In this document: piece after piece, positions 36,966-49,486 of the stretch
How the letters are laid out: every line of letters begins with the position of its first letter
Numbering within the stretch: position 1 is the first letter of the stretch
Assembly: GCA_977020255.1 (NCBI GenBank)
Contig: CDROCS010001934.1
Location: forward strand, 186,001 to 250,000
Direction: 5' to 3'
DNA length: 64,000 nucleotides
DNA from: Obrimoposthia wandeli
Lineage: Eukaryota
Notes under the pieces: model-generated
Database searches by the model: none
What the model was told of the DNA's origin: nothing
The model's input: only the letters and a program-made list of their open reading frames with translations
Program-made: the position numbers and the translations under genes

Positions 36966-38143
36966 CATTCAATAAGTCCCTAGCCTACCATAGAAAAATG
37001 ATAGATACAATCCTTAATTTTTTCATATAACTACATAATTATATATAGGTAAAAGCTATATACTTTATTTGAATGTGTTACTTTTGTTTATATTTTTAGT
37101 GGCACATTTTCAAATTTATTATAAATCAAGTGAAATACCGGAGTGTTATCAAGTTTTTTGTTTTGCAAGGACTAAACGCAACTGAAATAAATAAAATGCT
37201 TGAAAACGTAGGTCAAGTATTTGAAAAATGGTCGCACTCCTGTGTTTTATGATGAAAGAACGGGAAGACCTCAAGAGATTCCAGATCAAGTTAAGGAAAA
37301 ATTAATTATAATCGTGAATGATGAACGTAGAATCTCTTTTAAAATGCTTTCCATTCGTCTTAATATCATTGTGGGAAGCCTTCACACAATGGTGAAATAT
37401 ATGGGTATTCAAAAACTGAGTTCAAGATTTTTGCCCAGGTTTTTCACTGGTGAAATGAGGAATCGTCGATTGGAGTGCTGTGATGAAAATTTGCAACTTT
37501 ATAAACAGTGGGGTGACCGTTTCCTAAGTAACATTGTAACAACTGATGAAAAAACTCTTTCTATGTACTTGCTCGAATGTCATCATGAATCCACGGAATG
37601 AAAGTTTCCAAATGAGAAGCCCTTAAACAAAATGAGATCGGGAACAATCCATGGAAAAGAAACAATGCTGACAGTGTTTTGGGATACAAAGGGTGTTATA
37701 AAACTTAATTTCACTGAGAAAGGCACTATCAATGCAGCATACTACAGTAATCTTGTAACAACTACTAGACAGAACACACGCAAAGCACAAAACACACCTT
37801 CATGGCTATTGCAGGATAATGCTCCAGTGCACACTACAAACCTCACAGACCCTATAGCTCAGACGTTGCACCTAGTGACTTCTACATGTTTCGGTATCTT
37901 AAGAAGCATATGAGAGTAGACAGCAGAGATGATTTGATCAACAATGTTCGAGATTTTTTCAATAAATGTGAGCCTGGTTTCTTTGAAAAGGCTTTTCGGG
38001 AGCTAATCATCCGCTGGAAAAAAATGTGTTGACAAAAATGGATCATATGACAATAAAAAGACTATATAGTTACATGTTATTGAAAAATAAAAATATATTT
38101 GGTTACTTTCTTTTTTCTATGGTAGGCTGGGACTTATTGAATG
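36966..38143 (+). mobile_element. Near-full-length mariner (DD34D-like) with ~30 bp TIRs and a disrupted transposase
   Basis: TA + CATTCAATAAGTCCC(T)AGCCTACCATAGAAAAA, with its inverse at ~38113-38143. Motifs YRSVIKFF, IVTTDEKT, MLTVFWD and LLQDNAPVHT. Frameshifts and stops present. Confidence 0.9.
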
Positions 38144-39844
38144 TGTGTGGTTTATTATTAATTTATTATTTTTCTTAAGCATACATATTTTCTATCAACA
38201 TTTTAATATTATTTACTTTAATATTATCGCTTAAAATGTTGATGTCTAGAAAGGGATGAAATGAAGTTATGAAATATTTAATACATTTATTATATTTACA
38301 GTCTTTTCCAAAGACAAATTAAAATTAAAAAAATAAAATATTAACCCATAAAATTACATTGGAGAGGTTTTTTAACTTTATTCTGGTGAAATTCAGTTTA
38401 TAAATGTATTTAAATAGACTATATTATAGTTGCAAAGTTGCAGTAAGTCTATAAGAAACCCGACCTATTTGTGGTCGTAAAATGGATGTTCAACAATCGT
38501 AGTTGGTTCTTTGTAACTTAAGGAACTCTGTAAGTTGCCAAAAATATTTCATTGAGGATAGAAGGCGTTACTTTCCGTTTTGAAATGAAAATCAGGAAAA
38601 GCCCTTCCTAAAGACCTACCCACACTTAATATCCAAAAACTCACGTTTTAAAAGCCTACTTACTAGGTGTAAAAACTCTAACCCAACCAATATTGTTATA
38701 GTGCTTTGTACAAATTATTTTTCTTAATACTTCAAAGTATTATAAATTTATTTTGATTTCTAATAGTGAATCTATAGACACATAAAGATTTTTTTGCAAA
38801 TAATTTTCAGTTAATGTTTTGTTGGAAACCTTCTTTTGAAGTTATTAAATTAACCTGAAGTTTTATTATTTGCTCTAACCGCTTCTTTTATTACACAGTT
38901 TCTTTTTGTGCTTTATTTAATTTTAGCGAGTGTATGTAACTCTCATAATTCTACATTATATTTATATAAGTGTGTACGTAAATATTTGTTTGTACTTTGA
39001 TTGAATGAAACGCATATGGACGAACCGAGTAGTTAAGCATATGACTGTTGAATTATTATTTTACAAATATTATCAATAAGTATAAGTTCTAAATTTTATA
39101 TATTAAAACACAATTATTATTTCACCTTCTCAAACGTTTCAAATGATTTTTAATTGACTTATATAATTTTCAAAATGTTTGTATTGCTTAAATGAAAATT
39201 GTCCAACCCACGGATTAAGACAGCTAGAAATCATCAACAGTAAACCTCTATTTTTTAATATTTTTATTATAGGAATAAATTGAATTATGTTAAATAATTT
39301 TAATAATTTCTATAAGTTTAAATCCTTTCGTTATCGAGTATCACATACTATACCATATAATTAATACACTATGGTTATATAACTTTTAAAAATGTGAAGA
39401 AATTTTAGGCAGATGTAAAGGTCTATTAATATTTATTCAAATAATAATCAACAATAACGATCCATAATATGTTTAAGTTTAAAATTTATTGCATAAATTT
39501 TCCACTAATGTTTCTATTTATAGCAATTGTGTGTTGTCTGCAACAGGAGCGAGGGAGAGAAACATCAGGGAAACTGTTGTACCGCGATCCACTGAAGAGA
39601 TAAGAGATAACTGGTTAGCAAAGAAAATGTCCAGGACAGGGATAATTTCTGCTTATAAGGATAAAATTAACAATACCCTCAACAATCGAGAGTGCATGAG
39701 CAGGGAGAATGAGTGAGTGAGTATGGCTGTGAGTTTGAGTTAAAATAAAAGGAGTGAGCAATGAGACGAGTGGGTGTAAAGTTTGCTATGAGTGTGTGTG
39801 TTGCGATTTCAGTCTGCATGCGTGTGATTCAATTTGCACATTAA

Positions 39845-39947
39845 TACCATGTGTCGACGACTTTCGCCGGCACATGGTAGATAGGAAAATCAATTCTTTT
39901 ATCTCTGACTTCGCGGGCATTTTGCCCACCGCGTAGCCAGAGATAAA
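39845..39947 (+). other. Two strong stem-loops immediately upstream of the hammerhead
   Basis: TACCATGTGTCG/CGGCACATGGTA (39845-39879), and TTTATCTCTG/CAGAGATAAA (39898-39947) enclosing GGGCA/TGCCC. Confidence 0.75.
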
Positions 39948-39950
39948 CTG

Positions 39951-40004
39951 CAGTCCCCCTGATGAGCCCGATAGGGCGAAACCGGTTAAACCGGTCGGGG
40001 ACTG
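39951..40004 (+). ncRNA. Type I hammerhead ribozyme with intact consensus
   Basis: CAGTCCCC CTGATGA GCCC GATA GGGC GAAA CCGGT TAA ACCGG TC GGGGACTG: 8-bp stem I, 4-bp stem II, 6-bp stem III, full CUGAUGA/GAAA core. Cleavage is predicted after C39996. Confidence 0.95.
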
Positions 40005-40257
40005 ATAAGGATTATTAAAAATGCCAAAGTGCATTCGTCAATTAATTTTTAATAAAGATTTACTTAATACTTATTTTCACAAAATTTCTTAATAAAATTA
40101 AAACATTTCAAAATCATTCCCAACACAGATACTATGGTTTTATAAATAATCTTATTGTTTTAATGTATTTTACTTTTTTTATCGTTTTCTTTTGTTTCGT
40201 GCCATTTCAAAATTTTGAATGAATATTGACTTTTTTCAATAGTAAGTTTAGTACATA

Positions 40258-40999
40258 TGTTGGGGTTTCTAATTGAAACTCTTAGATCCTCGTTTGGAGG
40301 CCTCCAACGTGAGTTCTGTAGGTTTAGGGCTTAGAAATGTTTGTGGCCTACCTATTTTTATCTTACTTAATTCGAGTCTCAAATCTGAAGGTTTTCGTTT
40401 TATGTTTTGTAGTTGGTGTGATGTGTAGTGAGTTGTGTGCAATATAACTGGGAAGGCCATAAAACTAATGTAGTGGGATGTAGGTCTGGAATAATGAGGA
40501 TTTTATTTTACAGAAAATCTGGTTTGAAACCTATACCAAATGGATGGCAAAGAGCCTGAGCCAAATGACGATGACGATGTTCCCCAGGTAATATTGGGAC
40601 ACAACAATCCTCTAATATCCCAGTGCTTGAAACACTGTCAAGTGGTTGTCCCTCGGGCGACCTACATGTTAGAGGTGCCTACGTCTATGTGGGTGGTGAT
40701 TAATAAATCAATTAGTCGGTATTTAAGAAAACAATTTATTTATAAAAATCAACTAAAATGGTTTCACTACTTTACACAAGTAGGAACGTTCTTAACTAAC
40801 TACATCACTTACAACATTCAAACTGGAGATGACACTACACAGTAACAATTTTATGCATTACGTCTTCACAATTCGATTAAAAACTTTTAAACAATTAATT
40901 CACAAAATCGATTATAACTTTTACATAATTAATTTCACAAAACGATTATAAACCTTTACACAATTAATTCACAAAATCGATTATAAATTTGTGCACAAT
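40258..40999 (-). mobile_element. LTR-like repeat, copy A, with ~33 bp tandem array (40865-40999)
   Basis: Starts TGTTGGGGTTTCTA and is homologous to the copies at 1-593, 41000 and 59920. The ACAATTAATTCACAAAATCGATTATAA unit occurs about 4 times. Confidence 0.7.
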
Positions 41000-43605
41000 T
41001 GTTGGGGTTTCTATATGAAATGCTTTCGATTCAGATATATTCTCGGATGGAGGCCCCCAACGTGAGTTCTATAGAAGTAGGGCTTGCAGTTGTTTGTGGC
41101 TTACTTAGAATGTGCTTATCTGTCTCAATGTATAATCTAAAGGTTTGTTTTTATTTGTTTTTGTAGAGATGTGTGAAAAGCTGTGTATACGGCACTGAAA
41201 AAATTCCCCTAGTGTGGTGTAATGTATGGAGTATCTGGTATCTGCTTGAACTCAAATATTTGTTCAAACAACGTTGTTTAAATTGTAGGAAAACTTTATT
41301 ATTGAAAACATACTAATTTACGTTTCTAAAAATAACAACAACTAATCCTAACTTCGCTTCTCTAAACCTCACACAAATGGAGATGTCTTACGTATCGATT
41401 TTATAAATTCTTTTGTGAAACGTTTACTTCTTCTTATGATTTTATCGTACAAAATGTGGAGCGATTTTAAGGACAACTTCTTTTAACTTTATCGTAAAAA
41501 TATGGACGATTTTAATTCAAAGCTTTACTTTCTTTTTACGATTTTATCGTACAAAATTTGGGCGATTTTAAAGTCAACTTCTTTTGATTTTATGAATAAA
41601 ATATTGGCCATTCAATTGAAACTTTAATATGAGACACTTTTGATTTAATTTTATCAATCTTCAAATTTATCAATACTGCTGAACTCAACACGTTTTCAAA
41701 ACACTACACTCGGCACTGCGCACTTCTCACCAGTAATTTTCACTCGAACTTGGCTGCTCGGTTTCTGGGGTCTCAGATCAGTGTTTTCAAGAGATATTGC
41801 TCGGACTCCGGTTCTCTGATCCGTTCCGGTTTGTTTGCTGATCGTAGCGGTTCGAGAGATGAACTGTGTCGTGTCGCCTTTCTCATTTCTCCGATTTTCT
41901 GAGCAAAGTTAGCTGTATTGCAATTTTCTCCAATTTTTGGTTACTTTTCACTCATCGATGACTCATATCCTTTGTTCTCCTAAAGTACACATGACTCATC
42001 ACCTGACCTCATGAGGTAACATGAGGTCAAGGTCATGTTAATGTCAAATTTCTTCGAGTACACCTGATTTTTAAAGGTCATTTGAGGTCATTTTAAGGAC
42101 AGATTTCTCTCAAGTACATCTCATTTTTCAAGGTCAAGGTCATGTGATGTAGGTCAAATTTCTCTCGAGTATACCTGTTTTACAAGGTAATTTCAAGATC
42201 ATGAGTTATATACTTTATTTTATTATACTCATCACTTGAGCTCAAGGTTATTATAAGTTCATGAGCTCATATGCTTACTATGAGCTCAAGGTTATGATGT
42301 TCTTTTACTCATCTCATGAGCCCAAGGTTATTATTATATGATCATGATACCATGTGCCCACCATGAGCCCACCATGAGCCCAAGGTTATCATAAGGTTAG
42401 CAGGCTATCAAGGTTCATAGGTGCTCACTATGAAAGACAGATATCCAATCACATCATCTAAAAGAATTATTGATCGAATATAGATTGACGATTATTCAAA
42501 TAATGTTTGAAAAACACAATAGAAGGACAACAATCAATAGATATTAACAACATATATATTGAAAATAAATTAATAAAAACTTACCTGAGATACTGTAGCA
42601 GAATATAAATATAAATAAATAAAAAAAATCCATCCAGCGGCAGAGTGATGCGATTCCTGCATCAACTGATGGCATTAACCGCACACATACTCCAATTCAA
42701 GACAGATTTTATCTGCCTTGTATTGGAGTGTTAAGTAGGGAAGATAAAATCACACACTCACACAGATGTGATAAAAATGTCACATGACTATGTGAGTGTG
42801 TGATTTACAAATAATTGCACTTGTTTGCAACATTTGTACACGTGATGTGCTTTGTCCTTTGTGAATTATTTCCTTTCACATGTTGAGGACATTTCATGGT
42901 TACTCACATGGTTACTCACTCTTGATGGATTTTCTTTGAGGTGCTTATTTGAGCTGCTTCTTTTAAGGAAGTTATTTGAGTTGCATCTTTTTAGGAAGTT
43001 TTTTGAGTTGCTTCTTTTAAGGAAGTTATTTGAGTTGCTTCTTTTAAGGAAGTTATTTGAGTTGTTTCTTTTAAGAAAGTTATTTGAGTTGCATCTTTTT
43101 AGGAAGTTTATTGAGTTGCTTCTTTTAAGGAAGTTATTTGAGTTGTTTCTTTTAAGGAAGTTATTTGAGTTTCATCTTTTAAGGAAGTTAATTGAGTTGT
43201 TTCTTTTAAGGAAGTTATTTGAGTTGCATCTTTTAAGGAAGTTATTTGAGTTGCTTCCTTTAAGGTACTTCTTTTTGCTGATTCTTCAATTTGCTACTTT
43301 GAGCTGATTATTTATTATGGTTATTCGAATAGGGTTCTCTCAAAGGGTCTAAAACCTTCCAGAGTGAACACTCAAGGGTCCAAACCTTCAAAAATTTTAT
43401 TTTTCTACTTTTCAAAGTTACATATAATAGCATTGATCTGACTTTGATTAGATCTTCGAGGGTGCACCTTCAAGGGTCAAAAACCTTCAAAAAATTTATA
43501 ATTTATGTCATGTCTTTGTTCAAGGAGTCATCGATGAGTCACCTAAAAAGTAGAACAAATACATTTTGTCCTCAGCAGGGGGGTTTTTGTGCCAGAAGTG
43601 CCGCA
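41000..43605 (-). mobile_element. LTR-like repeat, copy B, possibly one ~2.6 kb LTR with several internal tandem arrays
   Basis: Spans TGTTGGGG (41000) to GTGCCAGAAGTGCCGCA (43605). The latter is the inverse of the TGTGGCACTTCTGGCACAAA starts at 57747 and 62456, and all three follow purine-rich tracts. That the span is a single element is inferred. Confidence 0.45.
42945..43265. repeat. 27-bp minisatellite, about 12 copies (TTATTTGAGTTGCTTCTTTTAAGGAAG)
   Basis: Directly visible. It explains the LFELLLLRK repeat ORF at 42852-43307. Confidence 0.95.
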
Positions 43606-44129
43606 TCTACCTTATTTACTGATCGTAGTGGTTCGAGAGATGAACTGTCCAGTGTCGCTTTTCTCGATTCTCCAATTTTCTGAGCAAAGTTAGCAAAGTT
43701 AGCCTCTGAAGATGGGAATTTTTAATATAAATAATTATTTTATTTATCCTATTTTCAATTTTCAATTTTCCTTAATCTAATACATATTTTATATTGAACA
43801 ATCAAATCAACCTCAAAATATTTTGTAATTATGCAGTAAAATTTATTAGAAACTAAAAATGTAATAGTATGAAAAACATATTTAATCTGTAATTGTATAC
43901 ATAATCTATAAAATTGGAATTATATATGATACTAAATTGTATAATTTTGACGGATACTCAAACAATGTAAATAGTAAATTTTAGGAAGATACATTATATA
44001 CAAAATTTGTAAAATAAGAAAATAAGAAATAATGATAGTATATATAATAAATATCGAGAAATAGCTTTGAATTTATGAATTTTACTAATTAATTTTTTTT
44101 TGGTTTTTGATAAATAAATAGCAATTTAG

Positions 44130-44780
44130 AAGTGACAAAAACATTTTTAAAGATGGATTATCACATTGGATAATCATTTGATTGACAAATAAAGAACGTA
44201 ATATTTTTGATTGCAAAAGAGATGAGACAACCCATTTTTCTATTGTAATGTGGTTGGACAATCCTATAGTTCAATCAATTTCCTCAAATATGTCAGTTGA
44301 TCCTGTGACAACTGACAAACGATTTGACACACAAAAAGTCTAAATTATATGTCCATTACCCTTCTATTGTCAAAGAATACAATGCCTCCATGTTCATGAA
44401 CACATAAAGGCACAACAACAATGTTTATGTGGTCTTAAATCTATGTACTGTCAATGTTTGGATTCATTACAAACGTGTTGCAATTGCACTTTAAATACAA
44501 AAATCGAAGCAGATCGAAGCACATTAAATCAAGGCTTTCTGCGTGAAGCTGCCGGTGATAACACAGGTACTGAACTGACATAATACCATCAAGACGCCGA
44601 TTTTTTCAAAACATTCCTCAAGATATGGTGCGATATGATAATATGGGTAATTTACCAGAAATGGTAGAAACTATCAAAGGCAAAAGTCAAGAGTATGTAA
44701 TTCTCTGACAAATCAAATGTATAAAATGTACATATTTTGCCGTCCTGAGAGAAACTGCTTAAAAATTATCATACCACATT
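44130..44780 (+). pseudogene. piggyBac-like transposase C-terminal remnant
   Basis: WLDNPIV..ISS, IVKEYNASM, TVNVWIHYK and VRYDNMGNLPE, plus a decayed Cys-rich tail. Confidence 0.7.
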
Positions 44781-45379
44781 CATCACGTCAATATACAGTA
44801 TTGTAATATACTTATTTGAATGGTATAATGAAATATTAGAAGAACAATTTAATAAAATTTTACATTTATATTAGTTCTGTATATGATTTATGTTCAAAAT
44901 TTGTAGCAAAACTAATTATTAATGCAATTGCCTAGTTTGATGTTTTACGCCCATCGATTATTGTAGTAACACATACACATATATTTTTGGCATTATTACC
45001 TTTATACAAGATGAAATAACACATTTATGCTTGATTTGCTTTAGAGCCTCTCCATATTTACTTAATTATTTTTATTTATATTCATGAGCTTTCAATCATT
45101 TAAAATAAAGAATCACAATGAGTTCGATTATCCTTTAAATAAAATTAGCATTATGAATAAGATGCTTATGTATTGTGACATCAATAGGATTACAATGGAA
45201 GGTAGAATGCAAATTTTGTTACATGATTTGATTTCGAAAGGCTATGTTAGATTTTTACATTTTAAAGTTTATATTGACAGTTTCAATCAAGTGTAGCCCA
45301 CTTAACAACTTTAAAATAACCGTTCTTTTCTCGTGTGAGATATGTTCAAGAGTCACTTGGTTGACAATGTTAAACTGAA

Positions 45380-45720
45380 ACTGAGGCAGCTGACGACAGA
45401 AATGATTATCATACCGTGTGGCATCACCTAAATTGTTAGGTTTTTCAATATTTGCCTAACAAGATGAAATTGAAAGGAGTGGATGTTGTCCGATACCATG
45501 ACCATAACAGAAAAAGGCAAAATACTCACAGTTTCCATAATTGATGCGTTTAGGTGAATTTCGGAAGCATAAGAGAAACTTTCTTCCATAGAATCCAATT
45601 TGTGTAAGAAAAACTGTATCAGCAATGCAATGGATGGCACAGGTGACGATCTGATCTGTGAATATGATAGCGACAAGACAGCCAATGATGCTTTGACGGT
45701 TGAGCATCTGCCCACGACTA
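45380..45720 (+). pseudogene. pogo-like transposase C-terminal remnant
   Basis: IIPCGIT and KNCISNAMDGTGDDLICE (like FKKC.ISNALDG.EDD). Confidence 0.65.
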
Positions 45721-46217
45721 TGCAACTTGATTGGGCTAATCATTTCTATGATTTTAGGAAATGAAAACTATGTATAATGTGTTTTATGTATATTGTTGTT
45801 TTGATTTTTATATGGACTTACGTTTAAGACCCCAATCTTAAAAAATCAAAAAATTTATTCATAAAGAAAAAACAGATTAATTTGTAATTTCTTTTACTAG
45901 TGTTATTTAAAATTATAAATTTAAAATTTATTAAAAAAACGAATGAATCAAGGGATAAAATATTTTAAAATTGTTATTTATGTAGATTAAAAATATATAA
46001 ATTTCTGAAGAAGTAATTAAGAAACGTGTGTTTTAATTCAATATTGACTTTACAATGAAGCTGGGCGCTATTTAAATATAATAAATTTTATTTTAATGAA
46101 ATTATTTTCTGTTTGATCTTCTGCAGCAATTATAAACAAATTAGATCAGAACGATTCAGAGAAAAAGAGAAGCAACAAATAAATTTTCAATTTCAGAATA
46201 ATTTTGATAAGCAAATT

Positions 46218-46398
46218 ATGAGTCAGATATTACATATTATTTTATTTTTGGTATTTTCCTCCCCGTATGTCTTAACAGCTGATGATGTAATACGGGAAAG
46301 CTTTAAGCCATTCTCTGTCTTGACAAATCAATTTCTCTCTACAGTGCAGCCTAAAAACAACTTGAAGTTTGTCATAGCGGAAATTGTGAAAATTTTCA
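46218..46398 (+). CDS. PROM: Prominin-like protein, exon 1 (signal peptide and FL..VQP motif)
   Basis: MSQILHIILFLVFSSPYVLTA...NQFLSTVQPKN; GTGAGT donor at 46399, phase 1. Confidence 0.7.
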
Positions 46399-46628
46399 GT
46401 GAGTTTACCTCTTTATTGCCATTTCCTTTCATCGTATTTAAAATTCAGACTATGTTTTCATCAAAATAGCATAAATCCAATCTTAAACTTTGGATTTGTA
46501 GTGTAAATTTCAAAAAGAATGAAAAGGAACCCAAAAATTATTCATAAAGCAACTTTTTAGCTGGGATGTAAGATCCCAATTAAACTGAAATTCGGCAAGC
46601 AAGTTGCAATCGAGGCCTAGTCTGCAAT

Positions 46629-46893
46629 TCCAAAGTTTTACTCACATGTCTTAATTACTTACGGATATATTTATACACCAAGCAATTAAGATATGTGGCT
46701 GATATTTTCGAAACACTGGCCAGACTTCGGTCGCAACTTGATTGTGGAATTTGGCCATTAAGCGTTTAAGGGTTGCGCGAGCTGGAAATTGGAATTTCGA
46801 TATTTATCGCAGAAATGTGTAAATCTGGTCATTCTCACTTGGTGTAGAAATATATCCGGTAGTAGTAGATGGGTGTGGTTAAAACTTTGGAAA
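46629..46893. repeat. Imperfect inverted repeat (~55 bp arms), MITE-like
   Basis: TTCCAAAGTTTT...GGATATATTT.TACACCAAG at 46629-46683 and its inverse at 46838-46893. Confidence 0.6.
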
Positions 46894-49445
46894 CAGGGAG
46901 CAGTATGTATGTGAATATCATGGATGCCTAACTTCAGTTTTAACGACATCTTGTATCACAGTTACATAGATATTTATGCATTCTGTCAAAGTTTCAAAAT
47001 AAACACACGAAGAGCACCGTTTATTCTAATCTCCAATGGAAAGAGCTACATTGGTGATGCTTTGTGATGCTTGAATTCAATTCTCTCATTGATCGGCAGT
47101 CAATGGACATTTAAAAATGTTAACTTTAAATGCACTATTCTTTAATTTGAATATAATTCTGACGGGTTAGTTAAAATTTTTGTTTCAAGCGATTTAATTG
47201 GTTAAATGGAATATTAAACATTTATGAATTTTGAAAATCAAATCTTGAGGCAATAATTAGATGCGTAAATCTGTTTGATATGACTGTTGCATATTCTTAT
47301 TAGTTTATATATTTGATAATTCATCGGAATGTTTTCATCAAGACCGCAGCCAATTTATAGTGTAATTTATTTACCTCATTTTTTCGTTTTTAACATTTGA
47401 AGATGAATCATTTGATCAATTCTATAATTATTACAAAAAATATCCGGTTTATAAACATATTAGTAATGCTTTTTGGCAGTTCTAAATTCACAATAAAACT
47501 TCATTTGTGCCTGATTGGGTCGGTCAAAAGGTTTTGAGAAAAATAATATTTACTTGAATATAATATAACTTCCAGCCATGACAAATAATTTCCAGATTAA
47601 TCCACTTTGTTTTTTAAATCCCCATAATATTTGTTCACTTCCTTCAAAATTCTGTCGTTATTCATTGCTTTACATGTGTTACAAACAAAGTCTATGGGTT
47701 TGACCTATATTTTGTTGTTTTTATCTGGTGCCAACATTAAAAAAATCCCAAAATTTCAAAAATTTCCCCATTTTCTTCAAATTGTTTGAGTGGTTTTGAG
47801 TTTTTTCACGAAGCACTGGTCAACAATCTTTGATCTAAATAAATAGTATTTATTTAGTGAACTTTCTTTTTCATTTTCTGCAAAATATTTGTAATTTATG
47901 CGAAATTTTGGAAAGTTTGACTTATTTAGCAGTTATGTTACAATATATCAGAGATGAAAGTTTAAAATATTTCTTCGCATTAAATATATTTAATACAGCA
48001 CCAAATATTTATTTATTCAAAATGATTATTATTCAAATGTACTTTACACCTCTTGAACTTTGAGTAATTGGCAGTAAATTTTTTTAAATGAACTTATTAT
48101 ATCAACAATGACAGTCTATCATATCACGTCTTTCTTTGTTTTTCTAGGCTTGAGTTGCCAGTCTATCAATATATTTATTTCTTCCTAAACTAATTGAAAT
48201 TGGAGTTTCAAATTTTATCATTTTATGCATATTTGAAGGTGATGTTTTGAATCTTTAAAACTATTTCATACTCAATTTGAGTTATATTTCATCTTATTTT
48301 TAATAAAAAGTCATTCATTCCAATGCAGGTGGTATCGGATTTCAATTCGGTTTCGCAAAACCTAGGTGGCGTAGGTTGAACTATCGATTCTCATCCAATT
48401 TAAGATCATTGACTATTTTGTTGGACTATGATTTAGAAACGTGATACACTCAGTTGTTATTAGTCAGGTGGCCTTTTCTCTTTGATACTGCACCCACACT
48501 GTGAAATCGTAATAAGTAAAAATATAACAACGGAAAATTTTCGAGAATTTTCTTGCTTAAAGTTGGCACGTTTTCAATATATTGTTCATTGTTCAAGATT
48601 CGTCATTGTTAAATTTTAATAATGCACAAACCAATATTTTTAATTGTTTCTTTCATGCATATTTCATGCATATTTTATGTTTATAAAATGTAAAATAATT
48701 TATCGCAAACAACTCGCAGATTGGCCTAAAAATGTAAAATATTTTAACGTGATTGCATAATCTTTTTATTTTTGAAATGCTGCGCAAAGCTATCGGCATT
48801 AGATTTAGATGGCGTATTTTTGATTTTTTATCCAATTGGAATTTCTGTGGTTGTTTTATTTAGAATCAAAGAAGATACATTCATTTTAGTTGAAGCTGTG
48901 GAATATCTTCTCATTTTCTATTGTATAAATGAAAGAAATATATAGGTTCATGCATTGAAATTAGTTCATTTGGTAGAATATCGTGATTTACGGTATCAAA
49001 GGCTGCAGATAAATGTAGCATAAGGGAAACACATATTTTTCATTCATACCACTACTCAATGTTCCATTATTGATTCTAAGTAGAGAAATTTCAATAGAAA
49101 TAATTTTTTAATCCTGTTGAAAAACATGTGTGGGTGTGTGCAATGTTTAAATCAATATTTCAGTTAATAACTTTATGATTAAATAAAAGTGAGACGCTTT
49201 AAATATTGCATTTAATAATTTCTTTTATAAATTTTCACAATGAGTTTATGGAAAAATTTACATATTTACAAAATTCCAATCGATTTAAGAGTAATTTAAG
49301 AGTAAATTTAATAAATTTAGAAACAAACAATATTTTATATTTAAGTTCATTTTCTCTGTTTTCAGGTTAGTTCATAATTTTTTGTATCGATTAATTAAAA
49401 GAAATATTTTGGATTATCTCATTATTATTATTATTATTATTTTAG

Positions 49446-49486
49446 ATGGATCATCACATTCTGAACCGAGCGAAACTTTTAAACAA
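49446..49486 (+). CDS. PROM: Prominin-like, exon 2 (41 nt)
   Basis: TTTTAG acceptor and GTAAGT donor. The phases join exon 1 to exon 3 in frame (IFNGSSHSEPSETFKQ). Confidence 0.6.

Noticed and set aside
38440-38660. Possible THAP/P-element remnant
   Set aside because: Only a faint PTLN-like resemblance, too decayed to support.
39489-40034. Short ORFs overlapping the hammerhead module
   Set aside because: No protein motifs, and the sequence constraint is explained by RNA helices.
40540-40845. 101-aa ORF
   Set aside because: It lies within LTR-like copy A as sequence absent from the other copies and has no recognisable domain.
42945-43265. Regular repeat array as a possible CRISPR
   Set aside because: The units are contiguous with no unique spacers, there are no cas genes, and the context is eukaryotic.
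47000-47120. STVY...GKSYIG as a GIY-YIG remnant
   Set aside because: Short and frameshifted with no supporting flanks. Plausible but not supportable.
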